Positions 26,901 to 35,893 of a DNA stretch of 64,000 nt are shown piece by piece (positions within the stretch are counted from its first letter, which is position 1; every line of letters starts with the position of its first letter). The stretch is taken from IMG/VR virus record IMGVR_UViG_3300043435_001124; one strand, given 5' to 3'. The notes under the pieces were generated by a model. That model had not been told where the DNA came from and did no database searches. It saw only the letters and a list, made by a program, of their open reading frames with translations. Origin of the DNA: an uncultured virus (IMG/VR IMGVR_UViG_3300043435_001124) (taxonomy: Duplodnaviria; Heunggongvirae; Uroviricota; Caudoviricetes). A program made the translations under genes and the position numbers.

Positions 26901-29900
26901 TATATTGATATAAGACCTCGTGTTGCACCTTATACTTTATCCACAAAATCTCCATTTGAGTTTTCTGCAAGAAACTTTGCTTCTGATGGACAATATTCAG
27001 AATATACATTATGTCCTGGAGAAAATTTAATTTTATCATATTCATATTATGTTGGAAGAATTGATAGGATTTTCTTGAATAGTGACGGAACATTTAGTAT
27101 TGTACAAGGAAATGCCGATGAAAATCCGAGTCCTCCAATATTAAAATCAAATTGTTTAGACATTTCAACTCTTTATCTTCCACCATATGTTTATAATGTA
27201 GAAGATGTTAAAGTTGATATGTCTAGACATAAAAGATATAGAATGTCGGATATTGCACTACTTGAAGAAAGAATTCAAAGAGTTGAAGAATTTACAACAC
27301 TTTCTGCACTTGAAACTAAAACCGAAAATTTTATAATTAAAGATTCTAATACTGGTCTAGATAGATTTAAATGTGGATTTTTTGTAGATAATTTTTCTTC
27401 TCATGATTACCATGATCTTCAAAACCCAAGTTTTAGATCATGTATTGATTCAACTACAAATACCTTAAGACCAGAACATTATACAACTTCAATCGACTTG
27501 CAATTGGGTTCTGAAGCAATTAGTGGTGTTGGGCAAACTTATAATCCAAATATAGACCAAAGTTATGTTACTGATTTAGGATCTCCAAATATTAGAAAAA
27601 CTGGAGATTTGATCACACTTAACTACAACGAAATTCAATATGAAGAACAACCATATGCAACTAAAACTGAAAGTGTAACTCCATTTTTGGTAAGATATTG
27701 GGAGGGTTCAATTACTCTTAATCCACCTATTGATAGTTGGATTGAAGAAAGAAATATAACAACAACGTCATATAATGAAATAAAAGAAATAACCAAAAGA
27801 GATGATCAAAATATTATAACTGTTAATAATGTTGCAATAAATCGACCAATAAATGTAATCCCACCAATAGTACAATCAGGAATTCCTGCATCAAATTTTA
27901 TCAACAATCCAGGAACATTAAACTTGAGATTTGCTTTAGGTATTTCTGGAACACCTACGAGTCTTGTAACCCGTAGGAGTGTTCCAGGAAATGCTATAGG
28001 GCCACTAACACAACTTTTAAGTCCAGGAAGAACTGGTCTTGTTATTAACCGACAAACTGGAACAATAGGAATTCGCGGCCGAAGAGTTTCTATTTTACTG
28101 CCATCACCATCTGCTCCCAGACAATTCATTGTTGCGGTCGGTAATGTGAGACCTACTACATCAACTGGTGGTGGTGGACCTAGTACACCAGGATCTACTG
28201 GAGGAGGTACTTCAACACCGTCAGGTTCGAACATAACTACCACTATAGTTCCAGAAGAAATTATAACCGCAGATACTAGATCTGAATCAGTTTCTAATTA
28301 CACTGAAGAAATACGATATTTAAGAAGTAGAAATATTGAATTTGATGCAAAAAGTTTAAGACCCCTAACAAAATTTTATAGTTTTTTTGAGGGAATTGAT
28401 GTTAAAAATTATATTATTCCAAAATTACTTGAAATTGAAATGATTTCTGGTAAATTTGAGATTGGTGAGGATGTAGAAACTGATCCACATTTTACACAAC
28501 AAAAAATTATATTTAAACTTTGTAAACCTAATCATAGAACAGGACCTTCCGATGGTTCAAATCCACCATCAATTACAAATCCATCACCAGTAGTCGATTT
28601 TACCACTGGACAATTGATACCACAAAATACAAATTTACTACCAAAACCAGATATTTTTAAATTTAATCCATATACTCAACAAACAATACCAGAACAATAC
28701 AGTGAATCTTCAACTTTCCTTAATATTGATACAAGATCACTTGAACTTATTACTGAGACCAAATATTATGGGATGATAGCACAAAATATGGTTCTGAGGG
28801 GAAAAACTTCTGGCGCAGTAGCAAAAATTTCAAATATTCGTTTAATTTCAGACAATTCTGGACGACTAATAGGATCTTTATATATTCCAGATTCCAGTAT
28901 TCCAAATAATCCTAAATGGATTAATGGGGAAAATACATTTACTTTGATTGATACACCAAAATTAGACAATTTAAATAATTTTTATCAGGAATTTATATCA
29001 AATACTAGAGTCAACGAAAGTTCTGGAGAAGCAGAGTTTGCATCTCTTGGAAAATCTAACATTACAGAAACTAACATATTAACTACTAGAAATATAAAAA
29101 TATTAACTAGTTATAAAATTAATGTGACTAATAGAGTTCCATCTCCACCGCCACAACCCCCGGTTTCACGACCAAGACCAATCACAAATCAGCAGCGGCC
29201 ACAGCGGCGTGATCCTTTAGGTCAGTCATTTGCAGTCTCTGATGATACTGGAATATTTTTAACTTCAGTTGAAGTTTTCTTTGAGACCAAAGATGAAGAG
29301 ATTCCAGTAACTATACAAATCAGACCAATGATTGCAGGTGTTCCAAGTAATATAATAATTCCATTTTCCGAAGTAACATTATCTCCCGATGAAGTTAACC
29401 TATCAATAAATGGATCAGTCCCTACGAAATTTACTTTTCCTTCTCCTATTTATTTGTCTGGACCTCAACAACTAGAAGTACGACAAGCTTTTATAAGTAA
29501 TGATCAATCTTCAGAATATGCAATTGTTCTTCTATCAAATAGTCCACAATATAGAGTATTTGTTGCTGAACTTGGAAAAAATGACATTCAGACTAATGTA
29601 AGATTATCTGCACAACCAACATTGGGAAGTCTGTTTAAGTCTCAAAATGGTTCAACTTGGTCTCCTGCACAATTAGAGGACCTCAAATATAAACTTTACA
29701 GGGCAAATTTTGTTAATGATGGTCTTGTAAGATTCTTCAATTCAAAACTTGATGTAGGAAATCAAAAAGTAACCGTAACTGGTTCAAATCAAATTTTACC
29801 ACTCTCAAAACGTATTATTGTTGGATTAGGATCTACTGGTTATGACCAAAATAATGTTGTTCCTGGAGTAACCTTAATTCAGGGATCTGCAACTGGTAAA

Positions 29901-31715
29901 TTAATAGGAATTGCTGGAAGTATCAAATCTGATATTGGTTTAGGTGTTACAGTTTCCAACGCTGGATTTGGATATACTGCAGGTACTTTCTCTAATATTT
30001 CCTTGGAAACCGAAACTGGAAGTGGTATTGGTGCTGTTGCAATAATTGGTGTTACTGCTGCTGGAATTTCTACTGTTACTATCACTGATGGTGGATTTGG
30101 TTATCAAGTTGGCGATTCATTACTTATCCCAGAAACTGGAATGGGTCAAAATGTTGGTTTTGGTGGAAAACTAACTGTAGTAAGTATTGCATCAAATAAT
30201 ACTTTTATTATTGATAACGTTCAAGGTCAATTCTCTGCAGGTATTACAACTCTTAGTTATATTGCAGGAACTGGTACAACAACAGTAACTGGTGTAGGGG
30301 TCACTATTAACACAATCTCTCCAGATTCTTATTATGATGGTCTTCATATGAAAATTCTTCATACGAATCACGGAATGCACTCTTCAGAAAACTATGTGCG
30401 AATTAGTTCTTTCAGACCAATACAATCTGAAATAAATTCAACATTATCTCAATCAATTACTGCAGTACAAACAGTTATTCCTGTTACTTCATCAATTGGT
30501 TTTGAAACTTTTGAAGGTGTTACAGTTAGTACCAGTAATCCAGGATATGTAATTATTGGAAATGAAGTCATTTCTTATACTACACCTACAGGAACAACAC
30601 TTCCAGTTATTGCAAGAGGAATTGATGGAACTCAAGCACAATCATATGATGCAAGTGTTCCAGTATATAAGTATGAATTTAATGGAATCTCACTAAGGAG
30701 AATTAATAAAGTCCATAATTTTTCTGAGGTTTCACCAAATCATTTAACGGAACTGAATTCATACTTTATAAAAATTGACACTTCAGATGCAGATTTTAAT
30801 AATGCTGGAATAGGATCAGATCGCACAAATGACCTTTATTTTAAAGAAACTACACAAACCGGATCACCAGGTATAATTTTTACAAATAACATTCAATTTG
30901 AAGCAATTACGCCAAACGTTTCTTATATTCTTCCTGGAAAAACAAATCTTGAATGTAGGATTAGAACATTTACTGGAACAAGTATAGGTGGACGTGAAAA
31001 ATCATTTGTTGATGACGGATTTACATCCATCTCTTTAGATGAAACTACTTATTTTGATACTCCAAAACTTATTTGCTCAGATATTAATGAGCAAAAGTTT
31101 ATTACAGAATCTCCAGGAAGTAAATCATTTACAATGGAATTCTTGATGTCTACTGAAGATTCAAGAGTATCTCCAGTAATTGATACAATTCGGGTTAATG
31201 CTGTTACAACATCAAATCTTATCAATAATCCTTATGGAGTCAATGAAAACTCCGATTATGCAAATGATGATACAATAAGAAGTTTATTCAATGACAAACA
31301 TGCAGTAATTTATATCTCAAAACCAGTAAGACTTAAGATTCCCGCAAACTCAATTAAAGTACTACTCACGGCAAGTCATAATGACACTAATGATGTTCGC
31401 GTTCTTTATCAACTCTTTAGAGATGATACACCACAAGCATCACAAAATTATGAATTGTTCCCAGGTTCATCAAACTATCAAGTTGATGGCCAAGGAATCA
31501 AGAGAGTTATAGATTCTTCATTAAACGATGGATCTGCGGATACCTTTGTAAGACAAACTTCAGATTCTTCATTCCGAGACTATGAATATAGTGTAGATGA
31601 TCTTCCTGATTTTAATTCTTTTGCAATTAAGATTGTAATGGCAGGATCTAATCAAGCAACTCCTCCACTTATTCGACAATTGCGAGCAATTGCTACCATT
31701 AAACCTAGAATTTAA
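23901..31715 (+). CDS. Large virion structural protein (VrlC/DUF4815-like, 2604 aa)
   Basis: NLNVSPYFDDF...VLFKPG.PIQARELT, APGADRF, DRFKCGFFVDNF, DPLGQSF and GSLFKSQN motifs. Confidence 0.85.
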   Translation: MSQETNLNVSPYFDDFDENNDYYKVLFKPGYPIQARELTTLQSILQNQVEQYGKHIFKEGSVVIPGQLRYETPLYAVEIADSFNGAPISLYFDQLLGKKLRGSVSGVTAEVVYLLKNIDSERRNYTLYLKYLQSGGEDFTNRIFQSGETLTLETSLTYGNFVIQVGQGVCNTITTNATSEGSGVSVAEGVYFVRGVFARVSSQTILLDQYSITPSYKVGFDIVEEIITSDEDETLFDNAQGFSNYAAPGADRFKISLELSKRTLDDLETDNFVEILRVDQGVPQFFNKNSQYNLIRDELARRTFDESGNYFIKPFTLFVRDSLNDGVLNDGIYFKDQQTVQGNNPSEDLMVYQIGPGKAYVGGYDVETISPRLIDVPKPRTTKTVSNQVIPYNAGTLFVLNNGYGSPTLGIGTDATVSLMNSRIGESASVATGTTIGLARIYDFIPESDYVDDTSRLNLRLFDIQTYAIIGLTTSFGGSGLSVPCFIEGKKSRASGHLKESVSAGSTTLTLYETTGDFLENEQIIINGIDNGRLIKSVTDYNLSDVKSVYYKVGINTFNADLVLSNGSYIAKPGTTFRVNNGVVSAGLGDIFTKIVTVGNIVSYANTTFTGDPIYNRVTAVGSGGTSFTITGITTVTGICNGILPSGSFEVTNIIKVTPSVDSTNSSLLTLLNSDNVSSVNFQDNEVIQRRTYNVASFSESSISVAIDPSDIDIFFHSFDEDRFVIAYSDGSIEPLRFDQYNISLDGKTLTFYGLTKSSGTNAIVTATVRNIQPSSKSKKFNKVSSLVVSNSSLVNSGVGTTTLKDGLNYSNVYGTRVQDKIISLNIPDAVRVLAVYESNNTLEPALPTLLISGNPNNNQNFVVGEYIEGQNSGAVAIIVRKVDINKLEYVYLNTIQFSVGELIVGNESTEEAIVSSKTLGDKNITQNFIFDDGQRDTFYDYSRIIRKSNIQEPSKKLKIIFQNYTIDSSDTGEFITANSYNISNFKYDVSSYENSRLTDYIDIRPRVAPYTLSTKSPFEFSARNFASDGQYSEYTLCPGENLILSYSYYVGRIDRIFLNSDGTFSIVQGNADENPSPPILKSNCLDISTLYLPPYVYNVEDVKVDMSRHKRYRMSDIALLEERIQRVEEFTTLSALETKTENFIIKDSNTGLDRFKCGFFVDNFSSHDYHDLQNPSFRSCIDSTTNTLRPEHYTTSIDLQLGSEAISGVGQTYNPNIDQSYVTDLGSPNIRKTGDLITLNYNEIQYEEQPYATKTESVTPFLVRYWEGSITLNPPIDSWIEERNITTTSYNEIKEITKRDDQNIITVNNVAINRPINVIPPIVQSGIPASNFINNPGTLNLRFALGISGTPTSLVTRRSVPGNAIGPLTQLLSPGRTGLVINRQTGTIGIRGRRVSILLPSPSAPRQFIVAVGNVRPTTSTGGGGPSTPGSTGGGTSTPSGSNITTTIVPEEIITADTRSESVSNYTEEIRYLRSRNIEFDAKSLRPLTKFYSFFEGIDVKNYIIPKLLEIEMISGKFEIGEDVETDPHFTQQKIIFKLCKPNHRTGPSDGSNPPSITNPSPVVDFTTGQLIPQNTNLLPKPDIFKFNPYTQQTIPEQYSESSTFLNIDTRSLELITETKYYGMIAQNMVLRGKTSGAVAKISNIRLISDNSGRLIGSLYIPDSSIPNNPKWINGENTFTLIDTPKLDNLNNFYQEFISNTRVNESSGEAEFASLGKSNITETNILTTRNIKILTSYKINVTNRVPSPPPQPPVSRPRPITNQQRPQRRDPLGQSFAVSDDTGIFLTSVEVFFETKDEEIPVTIQIRPMIAGVPSNIIIPFSEVTLSPDEVNLSINGSVPTKFTFPSPIYLSGPQQLEVRQAFISNDQSSEYAIVLLSNSPQYRVFVAELGKNDIQTNVRLSAQPTLGSLFKSQNGSTWSPAQLEDLKYKLYRANFVNDGLVRFFNSKLDVGNQKVTVTGSNQILPLSKRIIVGLGSTGYDQNNVVPGVTLIQGSATGKLIGIAGSIKSDIGLGVTVSNAGFGYTAGTFSNISLETETGSGIGAVAIIGVTAAGISTVTITDGGFGYQVGDSLLIPETGMGQNVGFGGKLTVVSIASNNTFIIDNVQGQFSAGITTLSYIAGTGTTTVTGVGVTINTISPDSYYDGLHMKILHTNHGMHSSENYVRISSFRPIQSEINSTLSQSITAVQTVIPVTSSIGFETFEGVTVSTSNPGYVIIGNEVISYTTPTGTTLPVIARGIDGTQAQSYDASVPVYKYEFNGISLRRINKVHNFSEVSPNHLTELNSYFIKIDTSDADFNNAGIGSDRTNDLYFKETTQTGSPGIIFTNNIQFEAITPNVSYILPGKTNLECRIRTFTGTSIGGREKSFVDDGFTSISLDETTYFDTPKLICSDINEQKFITESPGSKSFTMEFLMSTEDSRVSPVIDTIRVNAVTTSNLINNPYGVNENSDYANDDTIRSLFNDKHAVIYISKPVRLKIPANSIKVLLTASHNDTNDVRVLYQLFRDDTPQASQNYELFPGSSNYQVDGQGIKRVIDSSLNDGSADTFVRQTSDSSFRDYEYSVDDLPDFNSFAIKIVMAGSNQATPPLIRQLRAIATIKPRI

Positions 31716-31717
31716 TT

Positions 31718-31945
31718 ATGGACTATATTAAAGTAAAAGATAAGGATCATCTAGCAAGAGATATAAATTCAAATGGGATAGTTAATTTTGATGTGGATGG
31801 ATACAACCAATATGCAGAAAACTATAAGAGAGTATATAATGAATCAAAAAGAATTAATACACTTGAAAATGATATGAACAATATTAAAAGTGATTTGAAT
31901 GAAATTAAAGATCTATTGAGGAATTTTGTAAATGAATCCAAATAG
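31718..31945 (+). CDS. Small coiled-coil hypothetical protein (75 aa)
   Basis: ORF track; heptad C-terminus. Confidence 0.8.
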   Translation: MDYIKVKDKDHLARDINSNGIVNFDVDGYNQYAENYKRVYNESKRINTLENDMNNIKSDLNEIKDLLRNFVNESK

Positions 31946-32096
31946 TATAACACTTGAAAGTATTAGCAAATTGTTTGAATATGAAAAAATATCAAGAGAT
32001 ATAGATAGTATAGATGATATTGAAATTATTAAGAATTTTGCAAAATTATACGCTAAATTATATTTAAAACAGCAAGAAGTTGTATCTAAACTCTAA
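31932..32096 (+). CDS. Small helical protein, possibly NblA-like (54 aa)
   Basis: Hand-translated MNPNSITLESISKLFEYEKISRDIDSIDDIEIIKNFAKLYAKLYLKQQEVVSKL; TAATG coupling to gp13. The ORF is well supported; the function is tentative. Confidence 0.5.
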   Translation: MNPNSITLESISKLFEYEKISRDIDSIDDIEIIKNFAKLYAKLYLKQQEVVSKL

Positions 32097-32938
32097 TGGC
32101 ACAACCATCAACAAGACAAGAATTAATTGACTATTGTTTGAGAAAACTTGGTGCTCCAGTACTTGAAATTAATGTAGCGGAAGAGCAAGTAGAAGATCTT
32201 GTTGATGACGCTATCCAATTATTTAATGAGAGACATTTTGATGGAGTTTATCATACATATTTAAAATATGAAATTACTCAACAAGATATTGATAGAGGAA
32301 GAGCAAAAGGAATATCTGGAGTAGGAGTCGCTTCAACATCAGTAACTACAAATATAGTTGGCACAGCAACAACATTCAATTATTATGAAAATAGTAATTA
32401 TTTGCAGGTTCCCTCTCACGTTGTGGGAGTAAACAAAGTATTTCAATTTGAGGGATCTAATTCTATTGCAAGTGGTATGTTTAGTATTAAATATCAATTA
32501 TTCTTAAATGATATTTACTACTGGGGGTCTACTGAATTATTAACTTATAGTATGGTTAAAACTTATTTGGAAGACATTAATTTTCTTTTAACCACACAAA
32601 AGCAAATTAGATTCAATAAGAGACAAGATAGATTGTATATGGATATTGATTGGAGTTCTTTAACTGTTGGTCAGTATTTAGTTATAGATTGTTACCGAAT
32701 GATGGATCCAAATGATTATTCTAAAGTTTGGAATGATTCATTTTTGAAACCATATTTAACATCATTGATTAAACGTCAATGGGGACAAAATTTAATTAAA
32801 TTCCAAGGAGTTAAACTTCCAGGTGGAATTGAATTAAATGGGAGACAACTTTATGATGATGCTCAGAGAGAGATAGAGGCAATAATTGAAAAAATGTCTT
32901 CAACATATGAACTTCCACCATATGATATGATTGGTTAA
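32096..32938 (+). CDS. gp13: Neck protein gp13
   Basis: YCLRKLGAPVLEINV and QWGQNLIKF.GVKLPGG motifs. Confidence 0.93.
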   Translation: MAQPSTRQELIDYCLRKLGAPVLEINVAEEQVEDLVDDAIQLFNERHFDGVYHTYLKYEITQQDIDRGRAKGISGVGVASTSVTTNIVGTATTFNYYENSNYLQVPSHVVGVNKVFQFEGSNSIASGMFSIKYQLFLNDIYYWGSTELLTYSMVKTYLEDINFLLTTQKQIRFNKRQDRLYMDIDWSSLTVGQYLVIDCYRMMDPNDYSKVWNDSFLKPYLTSLIKRQWGQNLIKFQGVKLPGGIELNGRQLYDDAQREIEAIIEKMSSTYELPPYDMIG

Positions 32939-32943
32939 AATAT

Positions 32944-34395
32944 ATGCTAAATCCATTTTTTCTTCAAGGGTCAAAAACGGAACAAGGACTTGTTCAAGAT
33001 CTTATCAATGAGCAATTAAAAATTTATGGAATTGATGTCTATTATTTACCTCGTCAATATATAACAGAAAAAACTGTTATAAAAGAAGTGATTCAATCAG
33101 AATTTAATTATGCTTATCCAATAGAAGCATATATTGATTCTTATGAGGGATATGGTGGGCAAGGAACTATACTATCAAAATTCGGAATTCAAGAATTAGA
33201 TGATTTAAACTTAATTATATCAAGAGAAAGATATGATACTTATATTCGTGAATTGATTAAAGATTTGCCTGATGTGAAATTATCGTCTAGACCCAAAGAA
33301 GGTGACTTAATTTATTTTCCATTGGGTAATCGTATATTTGAAATTAAATACGTTGAGCACGAAAAACCTTTTTATCAATTGAAAAAAAATTATGTTTATG
33401 AATTGAGATGCGAACTCTTCAGATATGAAGATGAAGTAATTAATACTGGTATAGAATTTATAGATAATCCAGATAGTGGTGGATCTGATGGTGATGGTAC
33501 TGGAGATGATGTAACTGATCGTGAGCAATTTGCATCCACTCAAAAATTACAGTTGATTGGAATTGGGTCTACGGCATCAGCAATTGCATCTATTGTGAAT
33601 GGTGGTGTTAGATTTATAACTATTACTGATAGAGGATCTGGGTATAGTAGTCCTCCAGTAGTTGCTTTTTCTTCTGCCCCATTCGGCGGAGGAACTGCTG
33701 TAGGAATTGCAACAATGATTAGTGGAATTGTTGATCTATGTGAACCGAATAAAACTTTATTAAGAATTCAAGGAGTTCAATTAACAAATCCTGGATATGG
33801 GTATACTGTAGCACCAAGAGTTAATTTTATTGGTGGTGGCGGAAACGGCGCAATAGCAACAGCAACAATTGGAAACGGTATTGTTGGTGTAATTACAGTA
33901 ACTAGTGGTGGTTCAGGGTACTCATATTCTCCCTCCGTTACATTTGTGGGTATTGCTTCAACTTCAGCACAAGCATCTACAATAATAAGTGAGTCTGGAT
34001 CAGTAACTCAAATTAGGATAATAAATGCTGGACTTGGTTATACACAAGCACCTCAAATACAGATATCACCACCAAATATAATAGTTGGATTTGGAACATA
34101 TCAATATAATGAAATTGTTTCTGGTAACATTAGTGGAGTTACTGCAAGAGTTAAGTCTTGGAATGTACCAACAAAAATTTTAGAAGTTTCTAATCTTTCA
34201 GGAACATTTTCATCTGGAGAAATTTTAGTTGGACAAACTTCTGGTGCTTCTTATAGTTTGCAAAGAAAAAGTACGAGTGGTGTAGATAATCCAGCAACTA
34301 ATCCAAATAATAGATTTGGCCAGAACGACACAATTCAAGATGAAGCAGATGATGTTTTAGATTTTAGTGAAATTAATCCATTTGGAACTCCTTGA
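32944..34395 (+). CDS. gp14: Neck protein gp14 with internal beta-repeat insertion
   Basis: GIDVYYLPR, SKFGI, RPKEGDLIYFP and C-terminal DFSEINPFG motifs. Confidence 0.9.
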   Translation: MLNPFFLQGSKTEQGLVQDLINEQLKIYGIDVYYLPRQYITEKTVIKEVIQSEFNYAYPIEAYIDSYEGYGGQGTILSKFGIQELDDLNLIISRERYDTYIRELIKDLPDVKLSSRPKEGDLIYFPLGNRIFEIKYVEHEKPFYQLKKNYVYELRCELFRYEDEVINTGIEFIDNPDSGGSDGDGTGDDVTDREQFASTQKLQLIGIGSTASAIASIVNGGVRFITITDRGSGYSSPPVVAFSSAPFGGGTAVGIATMISGIVDLCEPNKTLLRIQGVQLTNPGYGYTVAPRVNFIGGGGNGAIATATIGNGIVGVITVTSGGSGYSYSPSVTFVGIASTSAQASTIISESGSVTQIRIINAGLGYTQAPQIQISPPNIIVGFGTYQYNEIVSGNISGVTARVKSWNVPTKILEVSNLSGTFSSGEILVGQTSGASYSLQRKSTSGVDNPATNPNNRFGQNDTIQDEADDVLDFSEINPFGTP

Positions 34396-34427
34396 CTTGT
34401 TAAATAGTTTATAATTAGGTTAAAAAA

Positions 34428-35429
34428 ATGTTTGATTATTTTTATCACGAGATATTTCGAAAAACTGTTATAGGTTTCGGATCGTTGTTTAACAGTATTT
34501 CTATTAAACATACCAATTCTGCGGGGCAAGTTGTATCAGTCATTAATGTTCCCCTTGCATATGGACCAATTCAAAAATTCTTAGCAAGAGTTGAACAGCA
34601 ACCAAATTTAAATTCGCCAGTTCAAATTACATTGCCAAGAATGTCTTTTGAATTTACTGGTTTATCATACGACTCAACAAGAAAATTAACTACGACTCAA
34701 ACATTTTTAGCAAAAACAAAAACAGATCCTACTGACATAAGAAAAACATATATGCCAGTTCCATATAATATGGATTTTGATCTGAGTATTATGACTAAAT
34801 TAAATGATGATATGTTGCAAATAGTTGAGCAAATATTACCGTATTTTCAACCAGCATACACTTTAACTGTAAACTTAATAGATTCTATTGGAGAAAAAAG
34901 AGACATTCCTATCATCTTAAATAATGTTTCTATGCAAGATGATTATGAAGGTGAGTATACTACTAGAAGAGCATTAATTTATACCTTAAAGTTTACTGCA
35001 AAGGTTTATCTTTTTGGACCAGTATCTACTGGAGCAGACAAAGATATTATCAAAAAGGTTTCTCTTGGATTTATTTCTGGAGATACACGTTCTACATCTA
35101 GAGATCTTACTTATACTTCTACTCCCGTAGCAACAAAAAATTACACTGGAGATATTACAACTTATATTACTAATGATTTAGAATTAGATTCAAATATTAT
35201 TGAAGTAAATGATGCATCGGATATATTATTAGATTCACACTTTACAATAAATAATGAAACTCTTCAAGTTCAAAGTAAAAATGGAAACACTCTTACTGTA
35301 ATTAGAGGGTCATATGGAACTCCAATATCAATTCACGTATCTGGTGCTGAGGTTAAATTAATTAGAGCATCAGATAATGATCTAATCGAATTTGGTGATA
35401 ACTTTGGATTTACTGGAGAATTTAGTTGA
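34428..35429 (+). CDS. gp15: Tail sheath stabilizer/terminator gp15
   Basis: YFYHE..RK, VPLAYGP..KF, LPRMSFE and QILPYFQP motifs. Confidence 0.92.
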   Translation: MFDYFYHEIFRKTVIGFGSLFNSISIKHTNSAGQVVSVINVPLAYGPIQKFLARVEQQPNLNSPVQITLPRMSFEFTGLSYDSTRKLTTTQTFLAKTKTDPTDIRKTYMPVPYNMDFDLSIMTKLNDDMLQIVEQILPYFQPAYTLTVNLIDSIGEKRDIPIILNNVSMQDDYEGEYTTRRALIYTLKFTAKVYLFGPVSTGADKDIIKKVSLGFISGDTRSTSRDLTYTSTPVATKNYTGDITTYITNDLELDSNIIEVNDASDILLDSHFTINNETLQVQSKNGNTLTVIRGSYGTPISIHVSGAEVKLIRASDNDLIEFGDNFGFTGEFS

Positions 35430-35436
35430 GTGAATT

Positions 35437-35886
35437 ATGCCTAAAAAATTTGATAAATTAGATGAAGTCTTCAATGTTACTGGGGAGATTGTTCCCCAAG
35501 AACTTGAACCTAAACTATTAAAAAATGTTCCTTTAGAAGATACGATTGACACTAAAAGTATTTTAAGTGACATAAAAAAGGACTACGAATACGCTCGTGG
35601 CAATATGTACTCTATTATTGAAAAAGGACAAGAAGCATTAAATGGTATTTTAGAATTAGCACAGGAAACTGAGTCTCCGAGAGCGTATGAAGTTGTTGGA
35701 CAACTAATTAAAAATGTTTCGGATTCTACCGAGAAATTGATTGAATTACAAAAAAAACTAAGAGATTTGGAAGAAGTAAAAACTTCAAGTGGACCTACAA
35801 ATGTAACTAATGCCCTCTTTTTTGGATCAACTACGGAGTTATCAAAAATATTAAAGAGTAGATTAAATAACCAAGATAATAAATAG
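35437..35886 (+). CDS. gp16: Terminase small subunit gp16
   Basis: DYEYAR...PRAYEV...NALFFGSTTEL. Confidence 0.9.
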   Translation: MPKKFDKLDEVFNVTGEIVPQELEPKLLKNVPLEDTIDTKSILSDIKKDYEYARGNMYSIIEKGQEALNGILELAQETESPRAYEVVGQLIKNVSDSTEKLIELQKKLRDLEEVKTSSGPTNVTNALFFGSTTELSKILKSRLNNQDNK

Positions 35887-35893
35887 AAATAAA

